Part shown: positions 38,630-51,827 of the stretch, one piece after another | Numbering within the stretch: position 1 is the stretch's first letter | How the letters are laid out: each line of letters begins with the position of its first letter | Assembly (NCBI RefSeq): GCF_001194135.2 | Contig: NC_068982.1 | Coordinates: forward strand, 87,503,414 to 87,561,808 | Reading direction: 5' to 3' | From: Octopus bimaculoides | Lineage: Eukaryota | Length of the DNA: 58,395 nucleotides | Made by a program: the position numbers and the translations under genes | The notes under the pieces: generated by a model | What the model was told of the DNA's origin: nothing | Seen by the model: only the letters and a program-made list of their open reading frames with translations | Databases searched by the model: none

Positions 38630-38875
38630 CCCGAACTGCTAAATTATGGCAATGCAAACAAACTAACAATGGTTGTCAAACAGTGGATGGGTGGGGGTTT
38701 GGACAAAAACACACATATATACATACAACTGACTTCCACATAGTTTCCATCTATCAAAACTACTCCCAAGACCCTGGTTGGCCAAGACTATAGCAGAAAA
38801 CACTTTCTTATGGTGCTGTGCAGTGGAACTGAACCTAAAGCTACATGGTTGCAAAGCGAGCTTCTTAACCACACA
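38630..38875 (-). mobile_element. SINE family A, diverged
   Basis: Reverse complement similar to 46659-46930. Confidence 0.65.
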
Positions 38876-39439
38876 AACAAATAAAAGATAGCATGAAATG
38901 TGATCTTTTTTATTTTTGAAATGCTGAAGTATCTTATTTAAATTGTTTTTTTAAACATCCACATTTTGACAACATTGTGTCAGTTACTTTACGGTTGCCA
39001 GCATGACAGTTTTGATTTAGTAAGTGGTTAATTTAGTTTGTACTGATAGGCTGAATTGTAGCCACGAACAGTGTAGCTTTGGCCTTTAGTCTGATATTGC
39101 GTTCAAGGTTAAACAGACAATGCCACCATACAAACAATATATTGTTGTTAACAATGTACTGAGTGATCTTCAGTGACACAATAACAATGGTAATTATATC
39201 AGGCCATCTTAAAACTGAGCAGAATTGTTATTACCCAAGAGAATGCAATTTTTGGCTTCTGGCCCACTTCATAGAGTGCTCTGAATCAGATGTACATCAC
39301 AGAATCAACCAATGTAATGAAACATTTAATTAGCATTTTTAGTTGTAGCCAAGCTGTTTCATATTCAAGGGCTTGTGGTCCCTAATTTAAGAAGGTAATT
39401 TATCACATATATATTGAACAGTTTATATATATACATATG

Positions 39440-40060
39440 TAGCATCATTACTATCATCATTTTACATACCTTTTTCCATGGTTGTATGAGTTAGATAGAT
39501 TTCTTTTAGCACAGCATTTCACTACATGTGATCCCTTGTCTTCTACTTTGTGAGGTACTGCATTCTTGGATCAGCCTCTACCACATATTCCTTTTCTGCA
39601 GGTGCCTTCCACATGAATTACTTAACAGTTCTTTTATCTGACTGTTATGTTCTGTATACAGCCTCTATTCTTGCACACTACATTAGATATCATTCATCAC
39701 ATATGTAATTCTTCTCTCAGCTTCTTTATGTTTAATCATTCGCACACACACTAATATCTTTTCTGCCCTCAGACATTCTCTGTATTCAATGTCCATAATT
39801 TGCTACTACACAATATTGCACTTCATATACAAGCATCATACCATCTCTCTTTCACTTAAGGAGAAAATTCTTTTGTAATCAGCTGATATAAAATCACAAC
39901 TATTTTAACTTCATTCTTTTTGAACATCCACATCCACTACTGATTAGCTCACCTAGATGTGGACAACTTCTAAGGAACCTCTCAGGCATCTAAAAGAATT
40001 CATTTCACAGTTACTCTTGTTGCTAACTATTTCTGTGCACCTGCTCTACATACAAAATCC
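39440..40060 (-). mobile_element. Old RTE LINE 3' fragment
   Basis: Reverse complement resembles 200-800 (YLGELISSG..; YDAC..) with many stops. Confidence 0.6.
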
Positions 40061-40944
40061 TTCTTGTCAATCTAGCTGTGATCCTATAGTTGTACATTGT
40101 ATAGAATTCTTGAGAACTCCTTATCTGCAAACTGAGCATGGCTACTTCCTAGATGGTAGAACAAACAAGTGTCACCTATCTCACTGGTCTTTCAGAGCCG
40201 TAGGTACAGTGCCTTCTTCCAACACAATCAGCACACATACATTCCATGCTGCCATGGGTACTTTGACCCATCTAGGAGAACTGTAACAAACTGTCCAACT
40301 AATATTAACATGGAAAGCAAATAAAAAACAATGATGTTGATGATGACAATGATGATGTATGAAATCGCATTTGACCCTCTGGCTGATAACTGATATTCAC
40401 ATTCCACTAATGTACTGTGTTGCTTTTATATGAACTTCAACAAAACTTTATATGTCTAACTTACAAATGCCACTTCTTTTCATTTTGTTTAACTAATTAA
40501 TTCAATTAAAAAAACCTCACAAAACTTTATTATAACTACAGATTTTTGGGATAGGAAAAAACAGCAGGCTCACTCATGTGGACTTTTTATTTATTTATTT
40601 CAAATTAACATTTTGGCATTTAATTGATAATATAATTATCTTTTTGGGACATCTGTCACTTTGAAAGAAAAACAATTGTTGTTTAGTCCAAAGTCAAGAT
40701 TGATGACAGACTTACGATCAAAGGCACTCCAGTAGTGACCATCCAATCTGTTAGTTCTTCAGACATAATACTTATAAGACTGTTTTATTCACGTATATAT
40801 ATTCTCTAAATATATACTATTAAAGAAAGAGAACATAGACCTGACATACAAAAAGATTAGATGTTCATGGTTGGAATGACTTTAGTCACAGGTCTACTCT
40901 ATCAGGGCAGACCTAGGGTATATACATCTTTTAATTTTTTTATC

Positions 40945-41240
40945 TTCTACTTGTTTCAGTCACTGGGGCACCACTTTAAAGGGTATAGTTGAACAAATTA
41001 ATCCCAGTGCTTACTTTTTAAGTTTGATATCTTATCCCATGGGTCTCTTTCACTAAACACACACACACACACATGTATATGACAGGCTTCCACACAGTTT
41101 TTGTCAACCCGATTCACTTAGAAAGCAACAGTCAGCTGAGGTTACAAAAGAAAAAAACACATGCCCAAGGAGCTGCACAATGAGACTGATCCCTAAACCA
41201 CACGGTTGCAAAGTAAGCTTCTTAACCACACAGCCATGCC
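40945..41240 (-). mobile_element. SINE family A, diverged
   Basis: Head ggcatggctgtgtggttaagaagctt and tail tgactgaaacaagtaga on the minus strand. Confidence 0.65.
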
Positions 41241-44046
41241 TGTGGAACATTAAAGTGTGAAGAGAGAAGAGAATGTTAAACGTAGAGCTGAATAATATAT
41301 TCACTGGAAGTTGAATCTTCACAAATCCTATGCTGAGTTTCTAAATTTCCAACTGCCAGATGATTATGAAAAATGGAAAAAAACTGGCATTTAAAAAATG
41401 TGCAGTGGAGATGTTTGAATACAAGAAGCTTTGCATAAAATTGAATAAATGTATCTTATTGGTTGACATTATAACTGTTGGTAGAAGAATAAGTGGGGAG
41501 AAGAGAAGAGAGAGATCTGCCAGTTGAGAAGAGAATAAAAGAAATGATATATGTATATGGAAATATAAAAAAAAAATAGGAAGAAAAAACCCCACAAAAA
41601 CATATGAAAACAGTCTTTTGGCCCAAGGGAAATAACTAAAAAATATAAAAATATAAATCTTCCCAAAATGAAAGCAAAAATGGTGATGAATGATTCAGCT
41701 GTTCTGAAAAATAAAATTCTGGAAATTATCTGTTTGTAGATAAAGAGTTACAAAGCAAATATTAGAGGATTATCAACAAAATTTGAATATTTTAAACCTT
41801 TCATTTAAGCCATGCAAATCCTGAAATTGATGAGTAATTTCTTACTTAAGCACAATTTACAAGTCAAATTCAAGCAAAAGGAATTATGAATGTATGGAAA
41901 AGAATGTTCTAGAATAAACAATTTAATCTTAAATACACTTAGGCTTGATTATTTTAAAAATAAAATGTACTAGGAAAAGCTTGTGAAATTTTAATTAAAA
42001 AAAATTTTTTTTATCCGCTTGAATGGGAAAACAAATGTGAAGATGACAATTCTCAACTTTATTCTCAGTCAATCTAGTTGACTTGTTACTAATACAAGTT
42101 GTACTTTAACACAAACTGAAATTGAGAAGAAAATAGTTTGGAGCAATGTAAGGAAAAAAAAAAAAGTATGGGAAAAACCTTTTTTTTTCAATATTCATTT
42201 TTATGATAAAAATAAAATTTAAGTTATATGACAAAGCATTTCTTGGTCTAGTTTTATATTTTGGAACATTAGGATGGATAGTAAATCATATTTTATTTGT
42301 TTCAAAGAGCTTCATTGTAATCATGAAAAGTATGAATGAATATGTGCTGTCAGAAGATAATGAAGTCATGTTTACTAATATTAGAGATTGAATTTCATAG
42401 AATATTAGAAAGGTGATTGGAACCCTATTTATATAAAGTAAAATTAAGTTTTTGGTAAGAATAATGGGAAACACTTTTTTTGTCTTGTCTCCACTATAAC
42501 AATCTCCTGGCAATTGCATCCGATGATTGTTGACACCAGGAAAGCAGCAGTTCTATCTAAGGCATCAAAACTGAGAGTTGTTAGAGAGAGACAGCTGATC
42601 AGAGGTAGCTTTTCATTTATGCTATCTCATATGTGTTCTCATTATGCTAAGTTTCTTCCATTTATGATATTGGTGCCCACTAGTTCACTTTCTATGTCAT
42701 AATGTTGTTCAAATTGTTGTGACCTTACCCCACCACTCTCATTTCCTTTTTTCTCACTTTCTACTTTGTCCCTTTTTGTTCCTAGCTGCCAACTCTTCGC
42801 TTCAGCTTTGGCCGTACCTTCATTCTCCTTACTACTCAATTAGTGAGCACACTTCTGTGGTCTCCATTATTTGCTCAAGAAAAGACTTCATCCGAGGACC
42901 AAATTATTTATTCGCTTTCCCTTTTAGTGTCACACTCATTGTACTATTTATTGTCTTGTGTTGTTTCATTTTTTTTTTATCAGAAAAGACAGTTTTGTTG
43001 TCTTTTTTCTTAAATATACCAAGTTTTAAATATACTTTTCTTACGGCTTTTTTTCTCATGCCCAGTTACTAAGATTTAACTATAGCTTTTTTTTTTTTTG
43101 ATTTTCACTTCCACTATAACAATTTCCTAACAACTGTATCCAACTTTGGATGCCACTTAGATAGTGGTTCTGTCTAAGGTGCAGAAACTGCAAGAATCTA
43201 AGGACAGACTATTTAGTCTTTTCATTGTTTGAGCCAAATAATTAACTCTCATGCTATACATACATACATACATATATATGTAACATATGGTATAATTATT
43301 AACCGGGCAAATTTTAGCTATTTCTCCACAGACTGAAAAATGATGAACCTTAATCGATTTTTGAACCTTATTGGGTTCTCATCAGAAGCATCTACATCAT
43401 TCTGACAGTCTCCAGAGAAACAAGTATCATATATGTATATATATGTGTGTGTGTATAATATATATATGTCTATTTGTATGTGAATGTGTGTGTGTGTGGT
43501 GTTTATGTGAAGGCATGTGGCTTAGTGGTTTAGGTGTTGAGTTCATGACCATAAGGTTACAGGCTTGATTGCTGTGTGTTACGTACATGAATAAAACTAT
43601 TTCACATTGCTTGTCAGTTGAAAGGAGTGTCAGCTGAGTGCAGCTGTGGCTCTCTTGCTGTCATACCCTGAATGTTCCATTGGATCAAAAGTGGGAGGAC
43701 TGAGAGGCTGTCTGAGTTTGCTTGAAATTATATAAGTGCTTAAAACAATTAGCAAAAACATGGAACAAGCAACCAAGTCATACTTAACTCCAAGCGGGGC
43801 TTTAGTAGGTATGGCATTTTATGTGAGTATATTGTTTCTATATATGGTACAATGGAAAGTGTTCTCTAATTTCAACATAATGTTATTATTTTAAAATGAC
43901 TACAGAGAATACATTTATCAATTTTAAATCTTATTTAGCAATTTCTGATAGAAACCCGACTGGAATTTACCACTGTAGCAAATGAACACTGTCAAATTTT
44001 CCTGTATCATGTTTCCTCTGCATTTCCAGGTCAATTTTATTATCAA

Positions 44047-45956
44047 CTAGCAGAAATACCCGGCGTTGCCGGGGTTAAAGAGACTAATGAAATCTAAAAA
44101 CGCCGTCTAGACTACGCATCATCTTTATATATAGAGATGTATATACACACGTATATATATGTATATCAATATAAATATATGAAAGTCAATGAAGTTTTGT
44201 AAAAGAAGGTGATCATGTACATACTTTCTTGCTGTTGTGGTTATAACACCTCGTTGTAAACAATGTTCCTTGTTTTCCCTTGTGGAGCATATACAAATAG
44301 GGTTTTTTTTGCTGCCCACTCTTGAGCAGCCAACATACAGTTGTTCATGTGAGAAGCAGGGCTGTTCCAAGAGAAGACCAGCTACAGNNNNNNNNNNNNN
44401 NNNNNNNNNNNNNNNNNNNNNNNNNNNNNNNNNNNNNNNNNNNNNNNNNNNNNNNNNNNNNNNNNNNNNNNNNNNNNNNNNNNNNNNNNNNNNNNNNNNN
44501 NNNNNNNNNNNNNNNNNNNNNNNNNNNNNNNNNNNNNNNNNNNNNNNNNNNNNNNNNNNNNNNNNNNNNNNNNNNNNNNNNNNNNNNNNNNNNNNNNNNN
44601 NNNNNNNNNNNNNNNNNNNNNNNNNNNNNNNNNNNNNNNNNNNNNNNNNNNNNNNNNNNNNNNNNNNNNNNNNNNNNNNNNNNNNNNNNNNNNNNNNNNN
44701 NNNNNNNNNNNNNNNNNNNNNNNNNNNNNNNNNNNNNNNNNNNNNNNNNNNNNNNNNNNNNNNNNNNNNNNNNNNNNNNNNNNNNNNNNNNNNNNNNNNN
44801 NNNNNNNNNNNNNNNNNNNNNNNNNNNNNNNNNNNNNNNNNNNNNNNNNNNNNNNNNNNNNNNNNNNNNNNNNNNNNNNNNNNNNNNNNNNNNNNNNNNN
44901 NNNNNNNNNNNNNNNNNNNNNNNNNNNNNNNNNNNNNNNNNNNNNNNNNNNNNNNNNNNNNNNNNNNNNNNNNNNNNNNNNNNNNNNNNNNNNNNNNNNN
45001 NNNNNNNNNNNNNNNNNNNNNNNNNNNNNNNNNNNNNNNNNNNNNNNNNNNNNNNNNNNNNNNNNNNNNNNNNNNNNNNNNNNNNNNNNNNNNNNNNNNN
45101 NNNNNNNNNNNNNNNNNNNNNNNNNNNNNNNNNNNNNNNNNNNNNNNNNNNNNTCACAATGTAAGTATATCTGAAAGGGTAGTCTTACACTGTTGTACCG
45201 TTGAATTACAAATAATGCTCATCTGTTATGTTCGGGTTAAAATTTCAACATCAAAAATATGAATTTTCATGGGAGTTATGCAAAGAATATAATTTCCAAA
45301 TTTCATAAAAATCCATTCAGTACTTTTGACGTAGTTTTGGATAAGAAAACAAATGACTAATGTGTGTGTTTGTGTGCATGTGTATGTGTGTGTGATGGGT
45401 GTATATATATATAGATATCTGTATGCATGTATATATGTATATATGTGTACATATTACATGTACATCTATATATATATATACATCTACACATATGTATACA
45501 TATACATGTATGCATATAGATCTTTCTATATATATATATATCTATACATATACATCTCTCTCTCTCTCTTTCTCTCTCTCTGAAAGTATCTGTCATTACA
45601 GTATCGAAATCTATATGTATACATATACATCTCTCTCTCTCTGTGAAAGTATCTGTCATTACAGTATCGAAATGTAATTGTTTCAGTTAGTGGAATAGTT
45701 TCATTTTTAAAGTGAAAGTATTTGACATGAGTGTTTTTGTTTCACTTTTGACACGTAATACTTAAATAGTGGAAAAGATATTATGTTGCCGTGTGCTCGA
45801 ACTCTGCGAGAAGTTAAAAATTTTTTTTGACTAAAACACAACTGGAACCCTAAGTAAGGCATGTGTAAAATTTGAATGAAATTGGTTGCGTAGTTCTCGA
45901 GTTTTAGGGATTCACACACACAGACAGACAGACATTCTCATTTTTATATATATAGA
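44047..45956 (-). mobile_element. Helitron with both termini and a RepHel helicase C-terminal remnant; interior in gap
   Basis: 5' A|TCTATATATATAAAAATGAG at 45956. 3' hairpin cccggc-aac-gccggg, then tatttctgCTAG|T at 44047. VAGLLLEQPCFSHEQLYVGCSRVGS / LFVYAPQGKTRNIVYNEVL* (PIF1 motif VI region, frameshifted) at ~44255-44387. Confidence 0.85.
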
Positions 45957-46658
45957 TTATATCAAATTATTTTCCTGAAATAAGTATTTTTATTTCAAGC
46001 TGACTTAGAATATGAGAACATTGAATAAAAAAGGTTTATAATTCTATTTTATGATAAAAAGACAGAAAATTTCAAATTTTGTAGACAATATTCATTGTAG
46101 CACCAGTTACCTTCAGGTTTCCCAGTACAAGGTATTTGTTTTGACTTCTCTCGCTATTGAAATTGTTGTTATGTTTACTCCTTTTGTTAATACATTTTTT
46201 ATGAAATACATAACCTTTGTTTCAACTGATTTTGAAAATTATAGAGAATTTAGTAAAATAATTTTGTCATAACGAAACTGGTGTTTGGAACATAAATTAA
46301 CATAAAATTTTAATGCAACATTTTAATTTAGATCACTTTAAAACAATGTATCAATAGGGTTAAGTATGTGTATGTATGCTTGCATCCATCATTTCCAACC
46401 ATTTTTGGTTTATAACCCCATTAAAAGTTATAGCAAGCCCAGTAAGTCTCCTCCTATTCCAATTAAAATTTTTGTTTCCACTAGTTAAATATACATAGAA
46501 TATTTCTACCAAGTTATTAGGTTTATAAATTTTTGGCTGCAATTAATTATACTTTCATTATGGTACATATATAGAATAGCATTGGCAAAAGTGAAATTTT
46601 CGCATTATTTTCTTAAGTAAGTTTTACCATGAAATTTACTTTGGGAAAATAACTTATA

Positions 46659-47042
46659 GGCATAGGAGTGGTTGTGTGGTAAGTAGCTTGCTTACCAACC
46701 ACATGGTCCCGGGTTCAGTCCCACTGCGTGGCATCTTGGGCAAGTGTCTTCTACTATAGCCTCAGGCCAACCAAAGCCTTGTGAGTGGATTTGGTAGACG
46801 GAAACTGAAAGAAGCCTGTCGTATATATATATATATGTATGTGTGTCTGTGTTTGTCCCCACCCAACATCGCTTGACAACTGATGCTGGTGTGTTTATGT
46901 CCCCGTAACTTAGTGGTTCGGCAAAAGAGACCGATAGAATAAGTACAAGGCTTCTAAAGAATAAGTCCTGGGGTCGATTTGCTCGACTAAAGGCGGTGCT
47001 CCAGCATGGCCACAGTCAAAAGACTGAAACAAGTAAAAGAGT
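46659..47042 (+). mobile_element. SINE family A, full length, young
   Basis: A-box-like tggttgtgtggt, B-box-like ggttcagtccc, CpGs retained, gtaaaaga tail. Confidence 0.9.
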
Positions 47043-47749
47043 ATCTTTAGTTTTCAGTTATATTTATTCACACAAATATGAAAATAAATAATGGCATTAA
47101 AGATATTAAGTTTGGTATTCCTTTTGTTATTGTTTACAGATGATCTACTGGTAGTAAAAAGAGGCAGAGATGTTAAGTGATTTGTATAAAGTACACACTC
47201 GAGATGGTACACAAAAGCAAAACATCCAACACAAAATAGTCACAGTTGTTACTGAATACTTTTTGAAAATCAACATAAAATTCACCCCAAAGCCACTTCT
47301 AATTGCTTCACGTTTTGACTCTTTTTCTGTATTAGGTTGTATTTCATTCCAACACTGAAGTATGGCCATGACAGAGTATGTAAAAAAACATATTTTGTAA
47401 ATTCAATTTTCACTATGTACACAAGATAATACACACACTACCCAATATATAACTGGATTTGGTTCTAACCCAGTGATCATGAATTGATAAGGATGTATGT
47501 GCCTCTCACTTGCTTTTGGCATGTAGTGGTATGTGTGGTGTTTTATATCTAACACTAGTGTGTACTGTACTATGTAAAGCATTTTACCTTCTTTTTTATT
47601 CATTATTAAATGCAGTTACATTATTTTTCAATTTTTCTTGGTCAGTGCTGGAATGCCTTTGATTATATTAGGTTTGCTCAATCAAGATTAACCCAGGGGT
47701 AAAGTAAATTGCTTACTGTTATTTTATTTTACTTTTTTATATCTCCTCT

Positions 47750-48060
47750 TCTTCATCATCATCATTTAGCTTCCACTTTCTATGCTTGCGTAGGTCAGGA
47801 GGAATTTGTTAAGGTAGGTTTTCTATAGCCAGGTACCTTTCCTGTTGTCAACCTTCACCTGTTCCCAAGCAACATAATTTTATGTTCCCTTTCCATGGTG
47901 GCATGAGTTGGACAGCTTGTCCTGGTTCAACACATTTCTTAGAGAGAGCCACTAGTTCTTATACATGTTGTTTGGCTTGGTTTCAATGACTGTATGCCCT
48001 TCCTGTTGCCAACCATTTTACAGAGTGTACTGGGGACATTTCCTTGTAGTATCAACACTA
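47750..48060 (-). mobile_element. Diverged LINE-tail composite
   Basis: (CAT)n tail and gcccttcctgttgccaacc block. Confidence 0.55.
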
Positions 48061-48684
48061 GAGAGATTGAATAGCCTCAGTGAGACAGAAGTAAAGCCCC
48101 CTCCTGCCCACACACACAAACCTAAACTTTCTCTGTTCATTTACTATTCACTTTACCGTGTGTACTATGCATAATTGTATTTTGTTTGCAGCAAAGTAAA
48201 AAGAAAAAAAAAAAAAGCAATCCAGTGCTTGTTTGAAAGTTTTCGTTATAGTCACCTTCTATTCAATCCAGCAAAACCTCAAAAATACTTCTGGCCTTAG
48301 CTTAAATTGTTAGTAGATATATGAGTTTTTGTATATGACCTTTTGTCCAGAATATCAAGAATTTTCTATTTCATGGATCACAAGGTGGCTAAACCTTTTA
48401 CTGTCAGACACTCCTTCCATGCCCTTAGAAATAACACTGAGCATTGAATGGGGTAACTATAGCTCCCCTCCATGTTAGCTAATAATTTTAATTTTAATTT
48501 TCAAATCCTGTAACCCTTCTGCATGACATCTTTGGCAATGGTAAATCCAGAGAAGCTAAGTGAAATATTTGGTATATGACTGATGAAGGATAACTGATGT
48601 TAAAAGAAAATATGATACCCTGACAGAGAGATACTAACTGTTGTACTGCTTGTGGAAAACTCTCCAACATCAAGCATGAATATT

Positions 48685-49064
48685 TACTCTTTTACTTGTT
48701 TCAATCATTTGACTGCAGCCATGCTGGGGCACCGCCTTTAGTCGAGCAGATCGACCCCAGGACTTATTCTTTGTAAGCCTAGTATTTATTCTATCGGTCT
48801 CTTTTTGCCGAACTGCTAAGTTATGGGGATGTAAACACACCAGCAACGGTTGTCAATCGAAGTTGGGGGGACAAATACAGACACACACACATACATATAT
48901 ACGACGGGCTTCTTTCAGTTTCCGTCTACCAAATCCACTCACAAGGCTTTGGTCGGCCCGAGGCTATAGTAGAAGACACTTGCCCAAGATGCCACGCAGT
49001 GGGACTGAACCCGGAACCATGTGGTTAGTAAGAAAGCTACTTACCACACAGCCACTCCTGCGCC
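48685..49064 (-). mobile_element. SINE family A, full length, young
   Basis: Reverse complement closely matches 46659-47042. Confidence 0.9.
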
Positions 49065-49647
49065 TATTTGATTTTTTATTTTAAACAGAATAGTTTGGTC
49101 ATAACTATATGTGGTTGTTAGGTTGTAAATAGGGGAGTATCTGTGTATATGTCTCTCACTCTTTATATATGTGTGATGCATGTATATCACATCACTTGTG
49201 AGGTTTCTCATGAGTGCTACTAGTAACATGGAATCTAGTACAACCAGTTGCATGCATGGTTGGGTTGTTGATGAGTAAAGCATCATCCCTGCTAGGCTAG
49301 CTGGATGGAAAGGGTTGCTAGAAACCCATCAGGACTAAAAAAACAAGACCTGTCAAAAGAACAGATGAAGCCATTGTAGGTTCAACAACCAGCTAGCAAT
49401 AGCATAGTCACTCTGAAAGTGCCTATAAGAGTGAGACACAACTTCGCTTTTGTTAAAATATATCTCTAGAAGGTCACTCTGATATAAAACCAAATATGCA
49501 GGGGATGTTATTGAACATTTTGGGGATCTTTTGCTTGCACTTGAGATCATGGCACTCCCACATTCCTGAGCCAGCAACTCATATTGATACGAAATATCTT
49601 GCCTTGGTTTGTCTCTGGATCATCAATAAAATGGAAAGGGTCTAAGA

Positions 49648-50517
49648 TAGGGCTGGCCAATCTGAGGCCCATGGGCAGCATGCAGCTCAGAGACCTTTAT
49701 CTTGCGTCCCACTTGACACTTTCTTGAAGTATTGTGTTTAATTTCAAAATAAAATTGTTTGTGTAAAGCATTTATTTCAAAACAAATTTAAAATTTACAA
49801 GTGGCAATAAAGAAATAGACTACAATTTTATAATTTTAAACAAACGTAAAGTATGAAAAATTCTTGATTCTGTAATTTGATTATTTGACTATTAGTGCAT
49901 AAAGTGGCCCTCAATAAACTTTCTGTGATTAAAGTAGCTTGCAATATAATTCAAGTTGGCCAGACCTGGTTGCAAACTTTTTTTTCCACAAGAGTTCCAC
50001 ACCCCAGTAATGAACTCATTTGCATACAGCCAATCAGAGCTCACCTTGACCTTGTTGTCAAGTTAACAAATACACTCTACCAAGTAAACTCAAGATGAAG
50101 AATGATGTTGTAAGTCGGCCGATTGCCAAGTTATGCCTGATTCTAGAAAGAGACAAAAATAATTAGAAAGATTTACATCTATACCTATTATCGGATTTTG
50201 TTAGAGACCCATATGGTAAAGATATGGATGCGAAAAATGTGAGTAAAGGGTGATGTGCTAGCAACCTTCTCCCCTTACTGTTTTACAAAGTGAACAACAC
50301 AACTATGAGGTGGCAGCCATAGTTGAAACAAGAACAACAAGCTTTCTTAAAGAGAAAAGAAGCATGGTCATTCCTTACCCAAGTGACCTTATCTTATCGG
50401 CCATCACTTGTTATGTGCTCATAAATTAGTTTGATAGTTGAGCTCTGACTGGCTGTAAGCAAATGAGTTCATAACTGAGGTCAGGAACTCTTGTGGTAAA
50501 AAAAAAGTCGCCGCCTG
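49648..50517. mobile_element. Composite non-autonomous hAT-like element with an 8-bp TSD
   Basis: GTCTAAGA at 49640-49647 and 50518-50525. Starts tagggctggccaatctgaggcccatgg and ends gtcgccgcctg. Internal terminus ttggccagacctg at 49956-49968. Confidence 0.6.
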
Positions 50518-50879
50518 GTCTAAGAGGTGCTGTGCAAGTTTTATTGGATCTAAAATTTTGCACAGGCATGGCTGTGTCAATGATGGTCTACGAGTTGACA
50601 GCATCATGTATGTATGTCAATCACAACAAAAATGTCCTAAAAGCATTTTGTTTGTTTGTTTGCACAGGATGGACCCTGCCCACTCACCCATTCCTCACAC
50701 CGCATCCCTCTACCCTCCATCCCAACCCAACTCTTCATCACTCATTCCCCTCTCTAAGGTACTACTTAGCTGCGATAATCCCTTGAGTGGAATCAGCATG
50801 TAACTGAGGCAAGGGGGGGGGGGCTTTTCTCATGTTATTTTTCTGTTTTGTGAGTTACTTGGCAGCCTCATTAGAGCTG

Positions 50880-51062
50880 GTGGCACAACAAAAGTATCCA
50901 GTACACTCTGTAAAGTTGTTAGCGTTAGGAAGAGCATCTAGCCATAGAAACCATGCCAAAGCTGATTTTGGAACTCGACATAGTCCTACGACTGGCTGAA
51001 ACTTGCCAAACCGTCCAACTCATGCCAGCATGGAAGACAGATGTCAAATGATGATGATGACG
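50880..51062 (+). mobile_element. Diverged RTE LINE tail
   Basis: gcgttaggaagagcatc..catgccagcatggaa..(gat)n. Confidence 0.65.
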
Positions 51063-51145
51063 ATATATGTATATACATACATATCTGTGTGTGCATATAT
51101 ATATATATATAAACATAATTAAGGGATCAGCAACAGTTGCTTCAC

Positions 51146-51176
<31 letters not shown>

Positions 51177-51567
51177 TATTGGCGGGCGATCTAGGATTAC
51201 AACGCACCGCTGTCACTTTTATCATTATTAATTAGCTTCCACTTTTGTCGATGTTTTCCCTGTCCTTGAGTTTTCAGTTAGTCTAGAACCACTAGTTATA
51301 TATCTTTGCTGTCCACTACTTGCTATGCACTGATAGCGGTCGAATATTAACCTAAAATTCTGTTTGAATTAGTCGAATATTAGCCTAAAATTCACTCGCT
51401 TGACGTAGTATTATTGATGTAATTCAACTGCAAAACTGCAGGTGATACTAAAGTTTGCGAAAGTGGAAACGGCACGTTATTCTCTAAGATCGCCTATATA
51501 TATTATACAATAATTTAACATAACGCGACGCTCTCACTTAAGATTCTGTTATGCCTATTGTACTTAC

Positions 51568-51607
51568 AAATAAAGTTTCCACACCACCCACGGATCTCAT
51601 TGATGAA
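51568..51607 (-). other. Candidate 5' exon of the NT5C3 gene (ATG at 51600 gives MRSVGGVETLF, phase 0)
   Basis: ttttaattctcaccAG acceptor and TTT|GTAAGT consensus donor. Lies in a CpG-rich zone and is in phase with the 99-nt exon. No homology support. Confidence 0.45.
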
Positions 51608-51827
51608 CTGGTGAGAATTAAAAGTTACAAAAGGACAGTGGGGGTGATGTTGTTACACTAACAGGAAATCATTATAGGCCTATTGTCGTTTATGTTCTAA
51701 TCGGCAAAAACGAAAGATGACCTAATCTTAATTCAGAAACCGTTAGTTGGGTACGTGAAAAAATTATGAAAATTAATATCAAATACATATCGAAACGAAA
51801 TTTTATATTTTGTAAAATTACTATCTG

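Noticed and set aside
51458-51472. gaaagtggaaac as an IRF-like site (human NT5C3A is interferon-inducible)
   Set aside because: The spacing is not the canonical GAAANNGAAA, and a short motif in AT-rich DNA has no support.
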